From the NCBI RefSeq assembly GCF_001194135.2, contig NC_068990.1, forward strand, positions 49,345,135 to 49,379,364: DNA of 34,230 bases, in the 5' to 3' direction. Shown here piece by piece: positions 23,230 to 33,930 of the stretch; the stretch's first letter is position 1, and the number at the start of each line of letters is the position of its first letter. Origin of the DNA: Octopus bimaculoides (taxonomy: Eukaryota). The position numbers and the translations under genes were made by a program. The notes below the pieces were generated by a model. It saw only the letters and a program-made list of their open reading frames with translations. It was not told the DNA's origin and searched no databases.

Positions 23230-24645
23230 ATGCAAGAGTTCACCAATGAATTTAGGGTACAAGCAGGAGTTCACCAAGGATTGGTTCTCAGCCCCCTCTT
23301 GTTTATCATAGTCCTCCAACCCATAACAGTGGAATTTAGACTGGCTGCCCTTGGGAGCTCTTTACACTGATGACCTTGTTCTTATAGCTGAATCACTACA
23401 TGAATTAGAGAAGAAATTTCAGGCGTGAGAGCAAGGTCTGGAATCTAAGGGTCTTGGAGTTAATTTAGCTAAGACCAAAGTCCTAGTAAGTAGGAAAACA
23501 GTCAAATCACTGATCCTTTCAGGGCAATATCCCTGTTCAATATGCAGGAAAGGTGTGAGTAAAACCTCCATAAAGCATACCCAGTGCAAGCTAAGGACAC
23601 ATAAGAGGTGCAGCAATATCGTGGGAAGGTTAACAGAAAAAGTAGCCTTTACATGTGGCAGATGTGCAGGTACAATAAACACTAAGAATGTTCAGAAAAT
23701 AGACTCCCTCAAATGTCCAGGATATTTCTTAGCAGTAGACAGTTTCTATTATTTATATGACTAAGTTAGCAGTGGAGAAGGAAGTTCTGAAAGCATAGTT
23801 GCTAGAATAAGAACAAGCTGGACAAAGTTCAGGGATCAAATAGCTTCTTCGGTAACAAAGGGTCTCTCTTTAAGAGTGTACATAGCTATGGCACATGGCA
23901 GTGGAACATGGGCTATGAGTACAGAGGACATACAAAGGCTTTAAAGAAATGAAACCAGCAAACTCTGCTGAATGGGTAATGTCAGTGCACATGTATGACA
24001 AAGTGTAAATGATTTAAGGGAAAAATTGGGTAGAAGATGTATCAGCTGTAGTGTGCAAGAGTTAAGACTGCACTGGTGTTGTCATGTGACGCATATGGAT
24101 GAGGATAGCTGCAAAAAGAAGTGCCAATCTCTAATTGTGGAGGGAGCCTGTGGAAACAGTAGACCCAGGAAGAAATGGGACAAAGTAGTGAGAAAGGATC
24201 TTCCAGCATTGGGCCTCACAGTGATAAGGGACCAAGACTCCTGGTGGTTTGTTGTGCTTGAAAAGACATATCAAGCTAATTAAAACTGGCCATCTATACA
24301 TACAGGAATGTTCTCTATGTCCCTCTCGCAGCCATGAGGTCTTTCCCTTAAGGGATTGTGGGTGTTGGTGTTGTGTAAAGCACTCATGGCGTCATACATT
24401 GGTACCATGTAAAAGCAACCATGCCAGTGCCACATAAAAGCATCCATGCTGGCACCACATAAAAGTACCCATGCCAGTGCCAGTACTACATAAAAAGCAC
24501 CCAGTACATTGTGTGAAGTTGTTGACATAAAGAAGAGCATCTAGCCATAGAAGCCATGTCAAAATAGACAATTTTAACTTGGGCAGCTCCTGTTAAACCA
24601 TCCAACCCATGTAACCATGGAAAGCAGACATTAAATGATAATGAT
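23230..24645 (+). mobile_element. 5'-truncated RTE copy (RT domain to tail)
   Basis: GVHQG..SPLLFIIVLQ, (Y)TDDLVLIAES, LGVNLAKTKV, CTQCKLRTHKRCS. The 3' UTR has about 26-bp tandem units (24400-24510), and the tail ends ATGATAATGAT at 24645. Confidence 0.88.
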
Positions 24646-24690
24646 CAAGTAACTAGTTAGAGAAATGTTATAATCCTTAAAATGTTGGAT

Positions 24691-24856
24691 TGTTATAATG
24701 CCCACTTCAATATACAGTATACTTAGTAAAACCAGTAAGACACAACTATCTCTGACCACCTACTACATACTCTGGTATTTCATGTACTTCTCTTTACTTA
24801 TAGTGACTAGGTTATTCCGTCACGTGGGAGTTTACCATTATCACTAATTCCCTACA
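24691..24856 (-). repeat. 3' LTR (TG...CA, 166 bp) preceded by a polypurine tract
   Basis: TGTTATAATG...CCCTACA; the minus strand reads AAATGAGGAGA|TGTAGGG at the inner edge. Similar to 28926-29030. Confidence 0.75.
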
Positions 24857-25909
24857 TCTCCTCATTTAAGTTTTTCTTAGGAAGTGTCATTTTATTTGAC
24901 AATGATTTTTTCCCTACAACTTAATATTTTTTACACTTGGCATCTATTTTCACGCCTGGGTTCAGTTCAATCACCTGTAGTGGCGTTGGTACATGAACTG
25001 TGTCATACAACCATTCATTCGGTTCCTCCAACTTCTTTGATTTGCATTTACACCTTTTCACCACTTTTTCTTTTCTTGCCAGGTAGCAATTTATCAAATA
25101 CTGATTTTACTTTCCTTGCAAACATCAGCTCTGCTGGTGTATCCAGATTTGGTGTCAAACAGTACACTCTTATAAATTGTTGTAGAGCTATTTCATCCAT
25201 GACTTCCTTATTCAATTTTCTAAGGGCTCTTTTGAAGGTATCAACAAAGCGTTCTGTCTGTCCATTAGATCTGGGATGGTATGGCCCTGTAGTTCTATGT
25301 TCTACCGTGAACATTTCATGAAATTTTAAAAATTCAATAGACACAAATTGCATTCCATTATCAGATACTATCTTGTCTGGGATACCAAATCTTGCAAATA
25401 ATTCATGAAAAAATTGATCACAGTTAAGGTTTTTTACACTTGCAAATTTCAGGTGGAACATCTTTTTACCATGGGCAATTTTTTTATTTTGTTTTGGTTT
25501 ACAGATATTCCATTTTGTTTTACTGCAAATTTTTGTTTCAGTCCCTTAGCCATTCAAACAGTCTACTGAACCAACTATATTTCCACACAAAACATTTATG
25601 GGTGTATTCCATACTTTGAATAGTTCCATCCACTCTGTATTGAATAAATTAAGTGAGCTTTTTGACACATATATCTTTGCCTTTTTTGTTTGACCTTGAA
25701 ATGTTACATTACATATGAATTCACCAAAAAAATATAATCGTTTTCCCCATAACACCATATATTATTACCTTTTATGATTTAATTAATTTCGGCTTACCGA
25801 CATATTTCCACGTTTCTGTTGTTTATAATGGTGATATTAAAACCAGTGTCATACTGCATTTTAACATGAATTTCTTATTTTCACATTCATGAATTTCCTC
25901 ATCGTTATA

Positions 25910-27883
25910 CAGGTATACAATCCTTTATCCAGAACACTTGGGACAGTTGTATTCTGAATTTCAGACTTTTTTTTTCAAATTTCAGAACAAAAGCCAGCTG
26001 CACCAGATTATAAACTAAACATCAAAACAGACGTCCTACTACAGTAACAAAAACACATGTATACATGTGTTTGTTTTCCTCACAATTAGTGAGGAAAATA
26101 AATAGTTGTAAAGTAATATACTGGTAAATGAAATAGTGAGATAATTAAGATCACAAATAACAAAATATAGTGGGATAATTTAAAACAAAAATACACAATT
26201 CACAAGTACAGGTATACACATTACCATAATATTTCTGCAGAGAGACGCCTAAATATTTGCACTAATTTGAATAAAGAAAGACTACAAATGGTATCACAGT
26301 TTATTCATATGCTAGAGCCAAATTGGTTCAAACTAAGCTAAATATGTAACTGCAGTTAGGGTCCATCAGTGTCACCAACATCGTCATCAGGTTGCAAGCA
26401 AACCTCTGATGGTTGGCCAGGGATAGGGTTCTCAAGTGATTAAGTAGCATTACAAGAGAGGGCATTTTAAAAGACTTCTTCAAGTGTCATCTGTCTCATT
26501 AGCATAGGTTTCTCTCTAAGCAATTTCTCCTTGAGTAAACTACCATAATTTGTTGCTCACTGATAAATGCATGTTATTCAAGGCCAGCTTTAACTGATCA
26601 CAAATTTTCACCATATTGTCTACAGGAATTTTTTCACCTATGTTCTCTGTCATCATTCTTATTCAAATTTAACACAATTTTAATAATTTCCCCATCACTC
26701 AAGGAATGCACAACAGGTGCATCATTGTCAAGGTTTAGTATTTCTTCAATGTCCACTTCTTCTAGATCGCTTAAACTTCCGCACGATAAACTTTTAGTGT
26801 AAGTTACAAGTTTTAATATCATCATCTCATAAGTAACATGAAATCCTCCAAACTCATTATCTATAAGATCGTTTTCATCAAACAGTGCAACTAGCCAAAT
26901 TCTGTGCCAGGCATTTGTTACTGTTGATTTATCAACTTCATTCTATGCATTTGCAACTGAGTAAATAGCATCCTTAAACTGAACTCTTTCAAGTAGTCTT
27001 GCATTCTTACTCCTTTGTTGACTGCATCAAGCACACAATTATTTTTATAGTTGCTCTTCATGGAGTGTAAAATTCCTTGCTAGTGCTGTCTCGTCTGCTG
27101 TTAAAGTTTTTTGGGGGAACATAGCACCAGTACAAAGCTGATTTATCAGCATTGTAAATCTGTTCAGGAGAAAGGTTTTCATCAGATATGATCTTTACCA
27201 CAGATTTTCAAATATTTTACACCATGACGCTTCTAAAATTTTTGCAGCCAACCTGAATATTGAAACTATCTTTCAATGTTCAATTTTTTATGATATATTC
27301 TAGCTTGTTTCATGACCAACAAACCATTCAGTGGTATATGTTCCTTTCTTCATTGTTGAATCCATTTTATCACCACACAATCAAGCTCTTCATTTTTTGC
27401 CCTAAGTAGAGTTTTCCTATTTTTCGTTATTTTATAATCATCACTCTCACTATAAAATTTGAGTAATTTGTCTTTCTGCTTCTTAAGTCATATTCTTCAG
27501 TGAGCTGCCGCAGACACAACACAATCAAGTTTTTGTAGTAACAGCCACTTTCTATTCATAATGATATTTCCTTTTCTTTTTCTCACTGTTATCCATTGGG
27601 GCATCTTTAGTTTTTTTTTGACATTTTCAGGATAAATTATCAAGATAAAGACAGCAAATGGATGCCTTCTCTCTACGAGTGCTGAACCACAACTGATGCC
27701 TGGTGGTTAGTGGTGGCCGACCTGCCAAGCATCACCACATCATGCCTGAATGAGATGGGTCACAGTGGTTAGCTTTTTGCACACTAGACGACCCATGTTA
27801 TGACATGCTCCACCCTCTACAAAACAGTTCGGTTTTGGGGGCTTTCCGGATTTTAAATTTCCAGATAAAGGATTGTGAACCTG
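25910..27883 (-). mobile_element. Tigger/pogo (jerky/TIGD-like) DNA transposon, internally deleted, TA target duplication
   Basis: TIRs CAGGTATACAATCCTTTATCCAGAA and CAGGTTCACAATCCTTTATCTGGAA (21/25 match); TA at 25908-25909 and 27884-27885. Transposase remnant from ATG 27624 (DAPMDNSEKKKRK; AKNEELDCVVIKWIQQ; PLNGLLVMKQARIYH). Confidence 0.9.
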
Positions 27884-28925
27884 TATTATCAATTTCTTCC
27901 AATGACATACTATTTATTCTTTTTCCTTTGTTCTGACATTTTATCATCTTCATTCTTTATATGTTCAATATTACAACAACAAAAGCACTCTGCTTTCTTA
28001 AATGGACAATTTTTTCCTCCAGTATATACTTCCACATACAAAACATGGGTTTATTTCCTGATTTTTGTCATGTTTTTTTTTAGAAAACATTTCATCTCTA
28101 TTCTGAATATTTCGCACTTGTTTTACTTGGAAACAATCTTTACATTCAATTTCCTCTGTATTATGTCTTAATTTGACTATCCTTTCACATTCTTCTGACA
28201 CTTGTTGTAGGGTTACATCTTGATTTTGTTCCAGTTTTGTAACAATTCTAGTTCTAACTTCTGTATCCTTTTCGGCAGTAAGTCCATGTGTAAAAATCTG
28301 GCGTTAATTCATTCAGCTTAAACTTCTCGCGCTTTCTGTTTACTCTACCAGCATATGTGATGTAGTCCTTGTCATTGTTCAGACACTTCCAATGTGTGTT
28401 GAACAATGAACTTTTTTCACGGAAAATTTTAACACAATATATCTATTGTGTCATTAAAGTTTATGTTCGAAGGTTTTCTTGGGAATACATAATTGTTGCA
28501 ACGCTCATGTTCTGCTGCCGCCAATTTTCTTAAGATATAGTCCATTTTCATCTTGTCGTCCCAATCTTTACATTCTTTATCAAAGATTTGCTCATATCTT
28601 CTGTAATATGCCTTGAAGGTAACTCCTTCATCTGGTTCATATTTGAACTCTGTTATGGAGTTCATGACATAGTCTGGCGAGAACATTTTTCCTAAATTTC
28701 CTGACAACTTCATTAATTGCAGCATTTGTTGGTGTAAAATTAATTGTTGTTGTTGTCACTTCTGTTGTTGTTCTTGCAGTTGAATCTGCTGCTGTTGTTT
28801 TTGCAACTCAAGCAAACCAGCCAACAAATTTTCCATTATTCTTACGATTTCTTTTTCTCCATAAAATTCACACAAAAACTTTGAGTTTGTTAACTCCGCC
28901 TGAATTGTTAAAATCCTCGAGTTTA

Positions 28926-29030
28926 TTAGTAACCAGTAGACATGACTATTTCTGACAGCCTACTACTTCTCTTTAGTCACAGTGACTAGGTTATGTGGGA
29001 GGGGTGTACCATTATTACTAAGTCCCTACA
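28926..29030 (-). repeat. 5' LTR, partially deleted at its U5/PBS end
   Basis: AACCAGTAGACATGACTATTTCTGAC...GTGACTAGGTTAT...ACTAAGTCCCTACA aligns with 24722-24856. CGAGGAT (28919-28913, minus strand) looks like a remnant of a TGGCGACGAGGAT-type PBS. Confidence 0.7.
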
Positions 29031-29536
29031 ACAGGAAACAAAATGGCAATATTCTCACATAGCTACAATTGTATTATCACAAGTAGAAAAGTGAGAAATT
29101 TTACATTGTTGTTTGCACCATCTAGTGGTTCCATCTGGAAATCAAAGATGTTGTTGAACCATAGTTGTGCCTGCTTCTGTATACTTAGTCACTCCCTTTA
29201 CTAAACATTTTAATGAAGGTAAATTCCCAAATTGTACCACATTCCACATGAAAACAGCTGACTTTCATATTAGCATAGTTCAAATTGTCTATGGCATAAT
29301 CCTTTTATAAAATATAATAGTGCTTACAGAAACATCATTTGAAACTATTCCTTTCAAGTTAAAGATCATTCTAACCACATACAAGAAATTTTAATTCTTG
29401 GAAATGGTAGGATATTAATATTTTTAGTGGTTTCTTTATTTTTTGCTAAAAGATAAACAAAACGTATAATCTTTTAAACAGCATAAGCCTTTATAACAAT
29501 AAAAATTAAATAATAACAGAATTATTTGTAACTAAC

Positions 29537-29581
29537 CATTTGTTTTAATCTGTTGCTTCCGCTTCTTATTCAACTTCTTTT
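29537..29581 (-). CDS. DDX18: DDX18 coding exon 2 (45-nt Lys-rich micro-exon)
   Basis: Acceptor tctttctttctttctag|, donor |gttagt, phase 1 to 1. Translates (K)KKLNKKRKQQIKTN. Confidence 0.8.
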
Positions 29582-29835
29582 CTAGAAAGAAAGAAAGAAA
29601 AGATAATTAACTGAGACTGAATATGCAACACACATCTTCAAGACTGTAGAAAGAGTAGTGGTAGACATTCCGCGTCAGAAAATTGACTCTGAAAAAGAAA
29701 AACCTCTTGAAAAGCATGTGAGGGCAACAAAGAAGGTGCATTTTACTTTAGAAACAAAGCCATGATAATATGTATTCATCCAACCCATGCTAGCTGGGTT
29801 AGAAAAAGAGATTTTAAATGAATAAATGTTCTCAC

Positions 29836-30080
29836 TCATCATCATCATTTAACGTGTTTCCCATGCATGCATGGTTTGGATGGCTTAACAAGAACTCTTG
29901 AGACCAAGGGCTGCACAAGGCTCCATAGTCTGCTTTGGCTTGGTTTCTACAGCTGGATGCCCTTCCTAATGTCAACCACTTTACAGAGTGTATTGAGTGC
30001 TTTTTACATGGCCCCATAACTAGTGCTTTTCACATGGCACAGTACCAGTGTTTTTTAACAAAACACCAACACTTTTTGTG
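29836..30080 (-). mobile_element. RTE 3'-end / SINE copy
   Basis: TCATCATCATCAT tail, CCATGCATGCATGG hairpin and CAGCTGGATGCCCTTCCTAA core. Confidence 0.75.
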
Positions 30081-30146
30081 TGGACCTCACAGTTAAGATG
30101 AAGGCATGGACAATGTTCTGAAACCTCACCAATCTGATTATACAGA

Positions 30147-31707
30147 CATCATCATCATCATCGTTTAACGTCCATTTTTCATACTGGCATGGGTTGGATG
30201 GTTTGACTAGATGCCCTTCCTAACACCGAACACTCCGATAGTAGATGCTTTTTATGTACCACCGGCACAGGAGCCAGTCAGGCAGGCCTGGCATAGATCA
30301 TGTTCGGATAGTGCTTTTTACGTGCCACTGGCATGGGAGCCAGTCAGGGTGTACTGGCATCGGCCACGTTCGGATTGTGATTTTTACATGCCACCGGCAC
30401 GGACGCTAGTCAGGGGACACTGGCATCAACCACATTCAGATGATGTATTTTACATTCCAACAGAACGGGAGCGAGTCAGGGAGCACTAGCCACAGCTGCG
30501 ATTTTGGTTTTACTTGACTCAACAGGTCTTCTTAAGCATATCATAGGTACTCTTAAATGGGGCAGACATGCAGCACTGGCATCGGCCATGGCTGCGATCT
30601 CACTTTAGTTGCCAGGTGTTCTCAATCATAGCATATCTCCAAAGGTCTCGGTCTCCTGTCATTGCCTCTGTGAAGCCCAATGTTCAATGGTCATGCTTCA
30701 CCATCTCATCACGTCTTCCTGGGTCTATCTCTTCTACAGTTAGGGAGGGAGTGGCACTTCCGCACACAGCTCTCCTCATCCATACGTAACACATGACCAT
30801 ACCAGCACAGTCATCTCTCTTGCACACCACATTTGATGCTTATGTCCAAATTTTCTCTCAGGGTGCTTGCACTCCGTCATTACACATCCAGTGGATCAGA
30901 CTAGCTTCATTTCTCAGCAGTCATGACCTATGTTTCACTGCCATGTAGCATGGCAGTTTGCACACGTACATTATAGTCTACTTTTCATCCAGAGCGAGAG
31001 GCCCTTAGTTGCCAGCAATGGTAGGAGCTCCCTGAACTTTGCCCAGGCTATTCTTATTCTAGCCGCTACACTCTCAGAGCAACCACCCCCACAGCAGAAG
31101 CTATTAACTACTACTAGTTTTTCCCCCCTGGCATGTGATGGAATCTGTTTTCTGTACATCTTCAGTGTTTACTGTCTCTGTGCATCTGTCACACACAAAA
31201 ACTATCTTCCTGGTTAACCTTCCTTTGATATTGCTGCACCTTTTGTGTCCATAGCTTACACCGGGTACATCATCATATAGAGTTTCTACCCATGCCTTTT
31301 CTACAGATCGAGCAGTTTGTGATTTGACAGCCTTCCTACTTACTAAGACTTTAGTTTTTGCTAGGTTGACTCTAAGGCCCTTCAATTCTAAACCTTGCTT
31401 CCACACCCGAAACTTCATCTCTAGTTCTGGCAGTGACTCGGCTATTAGAGCAAGGTCATCAGCATAGAGGAGCTCCCTGGAGCAGCTTGTCTTGAATTCC
31501 TCTGTTATTGCCTGGAGGACTATAATGAATAAGAGGGAGCTGAAGACTGATCCTTGGTGAACCCTTATTTCTACCCGGAATTCTTCACTATACTCGTTGC
31601 CAACCCTCACCTTACTGACAGCTCTTACCAACCACTAGTCTATTCCCAGTTTCCGCATTGACCACAAGGTAGGGGATTAGGGGACCCTGTTAAAGGCTTT
31701 CTCCAAA
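30147..31707 (-). mobile_element. 5'-truncated RTE copy (RT domain to tail)
   Basis: EKAFNRVP at about 31700; ORF 31104-31631 reads RVHQGSVFSSLLFIIVLQ...ELLYADDLALIAES; (GAT)n tail at 30147-30163. Confidence 0.92.
30246..30500. repeat. About four 66-bp tandem units in the RTE 3' UTR
   Basis: Unit starts (TGCTTTTTA-like) at 30246, 30312, 30378 and 30444; exact period 66. Confidence 0.85.
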
Positions 31708-31983
31708 GGCAAGTGACAAACTGGCAGAGTTGTTAGAGAAAGCTTCACAATATTTGTTCTGGAGCTTTCTATTCTGAGTTCAAATCTTGCTATACAAATC
31801 CAAAGTAATATTTGGCATGCTCTTCCATTGAAAGACATTGGTTATATGGAAAAATGCAACTTGCATGCATAGGTAGCTACACAAAATGAACCTTGCCCAA
31901 GGCCTACACATACAGGTGCAGTTATATGATCAACACCAACTGATAGATGTCTTAAATATATAACAGAAATTATTATTACTTAC

Positions 31984-32008
31984 TTTTCTTTGTAACTTGA
32001 TCTTCCAT
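31984..32008 (-). CDS. DDX18: DDX18 first coding exon (exon 32022-31984; ATG at 32008)
   Basis: Acceptor ctttgtttattttcag|, donor |gtaagt. ATG GAA GAT CAA GTT ACA AAG AAA A gives MEDQVTKK plus phase 1, in frame with all downstream exons. Confidence 0.75.
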
Positions 32009-32220
32009 AATTAGTAATATATCTGAAAATAAACAAAGCGAACAGGCGTGTTATTAAGGTTATGTGAAGGTTGCCAATTAACATACCAATAATTAGAGTT
32101 TTATTTAAGTCTTTAAAATGGCGTACCACACTTGTGGAAAGTTAATTTTAACTGCCAGAGTAGAGTAGTTAACAACTGGTGCACATGGTGGAGACATAAC
32201 CCACCCACTCCAACTTTACT

Positions 32221-32975
32221 TTTTTACGGAATCCCACGGAGATTCCAATTCTGAAAAAAAATTGGCAAAAATCTCAAATTCAAAATTTCGATTCCCCCAC
32301 CCCCATTTACTCATTTTTCACATTTTTCGGAATTTTTTATTTATTTTTTTTTTTTTGCGAAATGCGTAAAAAAATACGGAGATTNNNNNNNNNNNNNNNN
32401 NNNNNNNNNNNNNNNNNNNNNNNNNNNNNNNNNNNNNNNNNNNNNNNNNNNNNNNNNNNNNNNNNNNNNNNNNNNNNNNNNNNNNNNNNNNNNNNNNNNN
32501 NNNNNNNNNNNNNNNNNNNNNNNNNNNNNNNNNNNNNNNNNNNNNNNNNNNNNNNNNNNNNNNNNNNNNNNNNNNNNNNNNNNNNNNNNNNNNNNNNNNN
32601 NNNNNNNNNNNNNNNNNNNNNNNNNNNNNNNNNNNNNNNNNNNNNNNNNNNNNNNNNNNNNNNNNNNNNNNNNNNNNNNNNNNNNNNNNNNNNNNNNNNN
32701 NNNNNNNNNNNNNNNNNNNNNNNNNNNNNNNNNNNNNNNNNNNNNNNNNNNNNNNNNNNNNNNNNNNNNNNNNNNNNNNNNNNNNNNNNNNNNNNNNNNN
32801 NNNNNNNNNNNCTCCGTATTTTTTTTACCCATTTCGCAAGAAGAAGATTTCCGGAAAATGTGAAAAATGAGGAAATGTGGGTGGGGGGATCGAAATTTTG
32901 AATTTGAGATCTTTGAAATTTTTTTTTTTCAGAATCGGAATCTCCATAGCCTAAAACGTGGGATTCCGTAAAAAA
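32221..32975. mobile_element. Foldback/MITE-like element with long (about 165 bp) inverted arms; centre in a gap
   Basis: 32221-32384 is the reverse complement of 32812-32975 (TTTTACGGAATCCCAC...GGAGATTCC...TCAAAATTTCGAT...TTGCGAAATG.GTAAAAAAATACGGAG), with a 12-bp indel. Confidence 0.8.
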
Positions 32976-33638
32976 AAATAATACAAATGTTCTATAATCA
33001 CATGTTGATCAGTCCATATTCTATAATCACACTTTGTTAGATAGAATACATTCAGGACTACATTGTAAATTAAAGACGATTTAGGAATTTCTAAATCTTC
33101 GAGGAACTTAATAGATAGAGGCTTCGACACTGCTTAAATACAGAGGTCCCGATGCATCTACATAACGATGCTTTTATAATGTACACTCGTAGGGGTTAGG
33201 GTTAGTTTTTTTTAGGGATAGAGTTCCATAGATGCGTCAGGACCGAGGCTTCCACGTTGGTTCATATCACGTTCATAACACGTTTCAATATATCTCCAAG
33301 TTTTTTATTTTATTTTATACCAAATATCAACTTTATACATAATCATTAACCAAAGATGTTAACGTTAATAAAGAAAGAAGCTGATTGGTTTTAAAATTAA
33401 AAAGACACATGTGACAAAACATTAAAAGCAATGAGAATTTTTTTTTAAATGACTCGTAGACTTAATTTCCAGAACACGTGTAGCTACATTCGTTAGTCAA
33501 TAACAAACTGAAAATTATCATAAAGAACCACATATAACTTTGGAACTGTAATGGTCAAATAATTAAAAAATCATTTTCTTTTTCAGGGTAAATAGAATTA
33601 AAATAAACGGAAAATGAGAGAAGAGAAATTTAACTTAC

Positions 33639-33725
33639 ATATAGTTTACTCAAGGATTACTGACATAAACTGAAGCTTGAATGAAAACAATACGCATGAC
33701 CGGAACTGAAAAACTAATTTCCGTT
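33639..33725 (-). promoter_or_regulatory. DDX18: Candidate non-coding exon 1 / TSS region of DDX18
   Basis: The exon at 32022 has an acceptor, so an upstream exon is needed. There is a strong donor T|GTAAGT at 33638 and ETS-like CCGGAA/CGGAA motifs at 33700-33723. No transcript evidence. Confidence 0.4.
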
Positions 33726-33930
33726 GTAAATGTTGTCAATGAAAACAAAAATAAGAGAAACGATGGATGGCATTGCAAAAGAAGAGGTGATCTTTTGTTG
33801 ATATTATTATATTGTTGCTCGTTTTCTCTGGATTACGAAGAAAAAGTAATATTTTTTCAGACCTTTTAAACTAGGGATCCCGTCATCGAGTATTTGATCT
33901 TAATTTTGAAGACAATTCATGGCATAACTA

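Larger units (their letters stand above)
24691..29030 (-). mobile_element. Ty3/Gypsy (Mag-like) LTR retrotransposon, non-autonomous (RT/RNase H deleted), interrupted by a Tigger element
   Basis: Gag from ATG 28836 (FSPDYVMNSITEFKYEPDEGVTFKAYYRRYE; CFVCGS-type knuckles), protease remnant at 25546-25900, integrase at 25048-25461 (FARFGIPDKIVSDNGMQF...PYHPRSNGQTERFVDTFKRAL). Two related LTRs are present, but no matching TSD was found. Confidence 0.88.

Noticed and set aside
24686-29035. Target-site duplication of the LTR element
   Set aside because: The flanks TGGAT and ACAGG do not match, so element boundaries or LTR pairing remain somewhat uncertain.
30246-30500. CRISPR-like appearance of the 66-bp array and of the 6660-6800 core/spacer array
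   Set aside because: The context is eukaryotic with no cas genes. Units are degenerate whole-unit tandem copies or microsatellite spacers, not unique spacers between identical repeats.
33192-33217. Interstitial telomere
   Set aside because: Only two to three TTAGGG-like units, embedded in a hairpin loop; too short to call.
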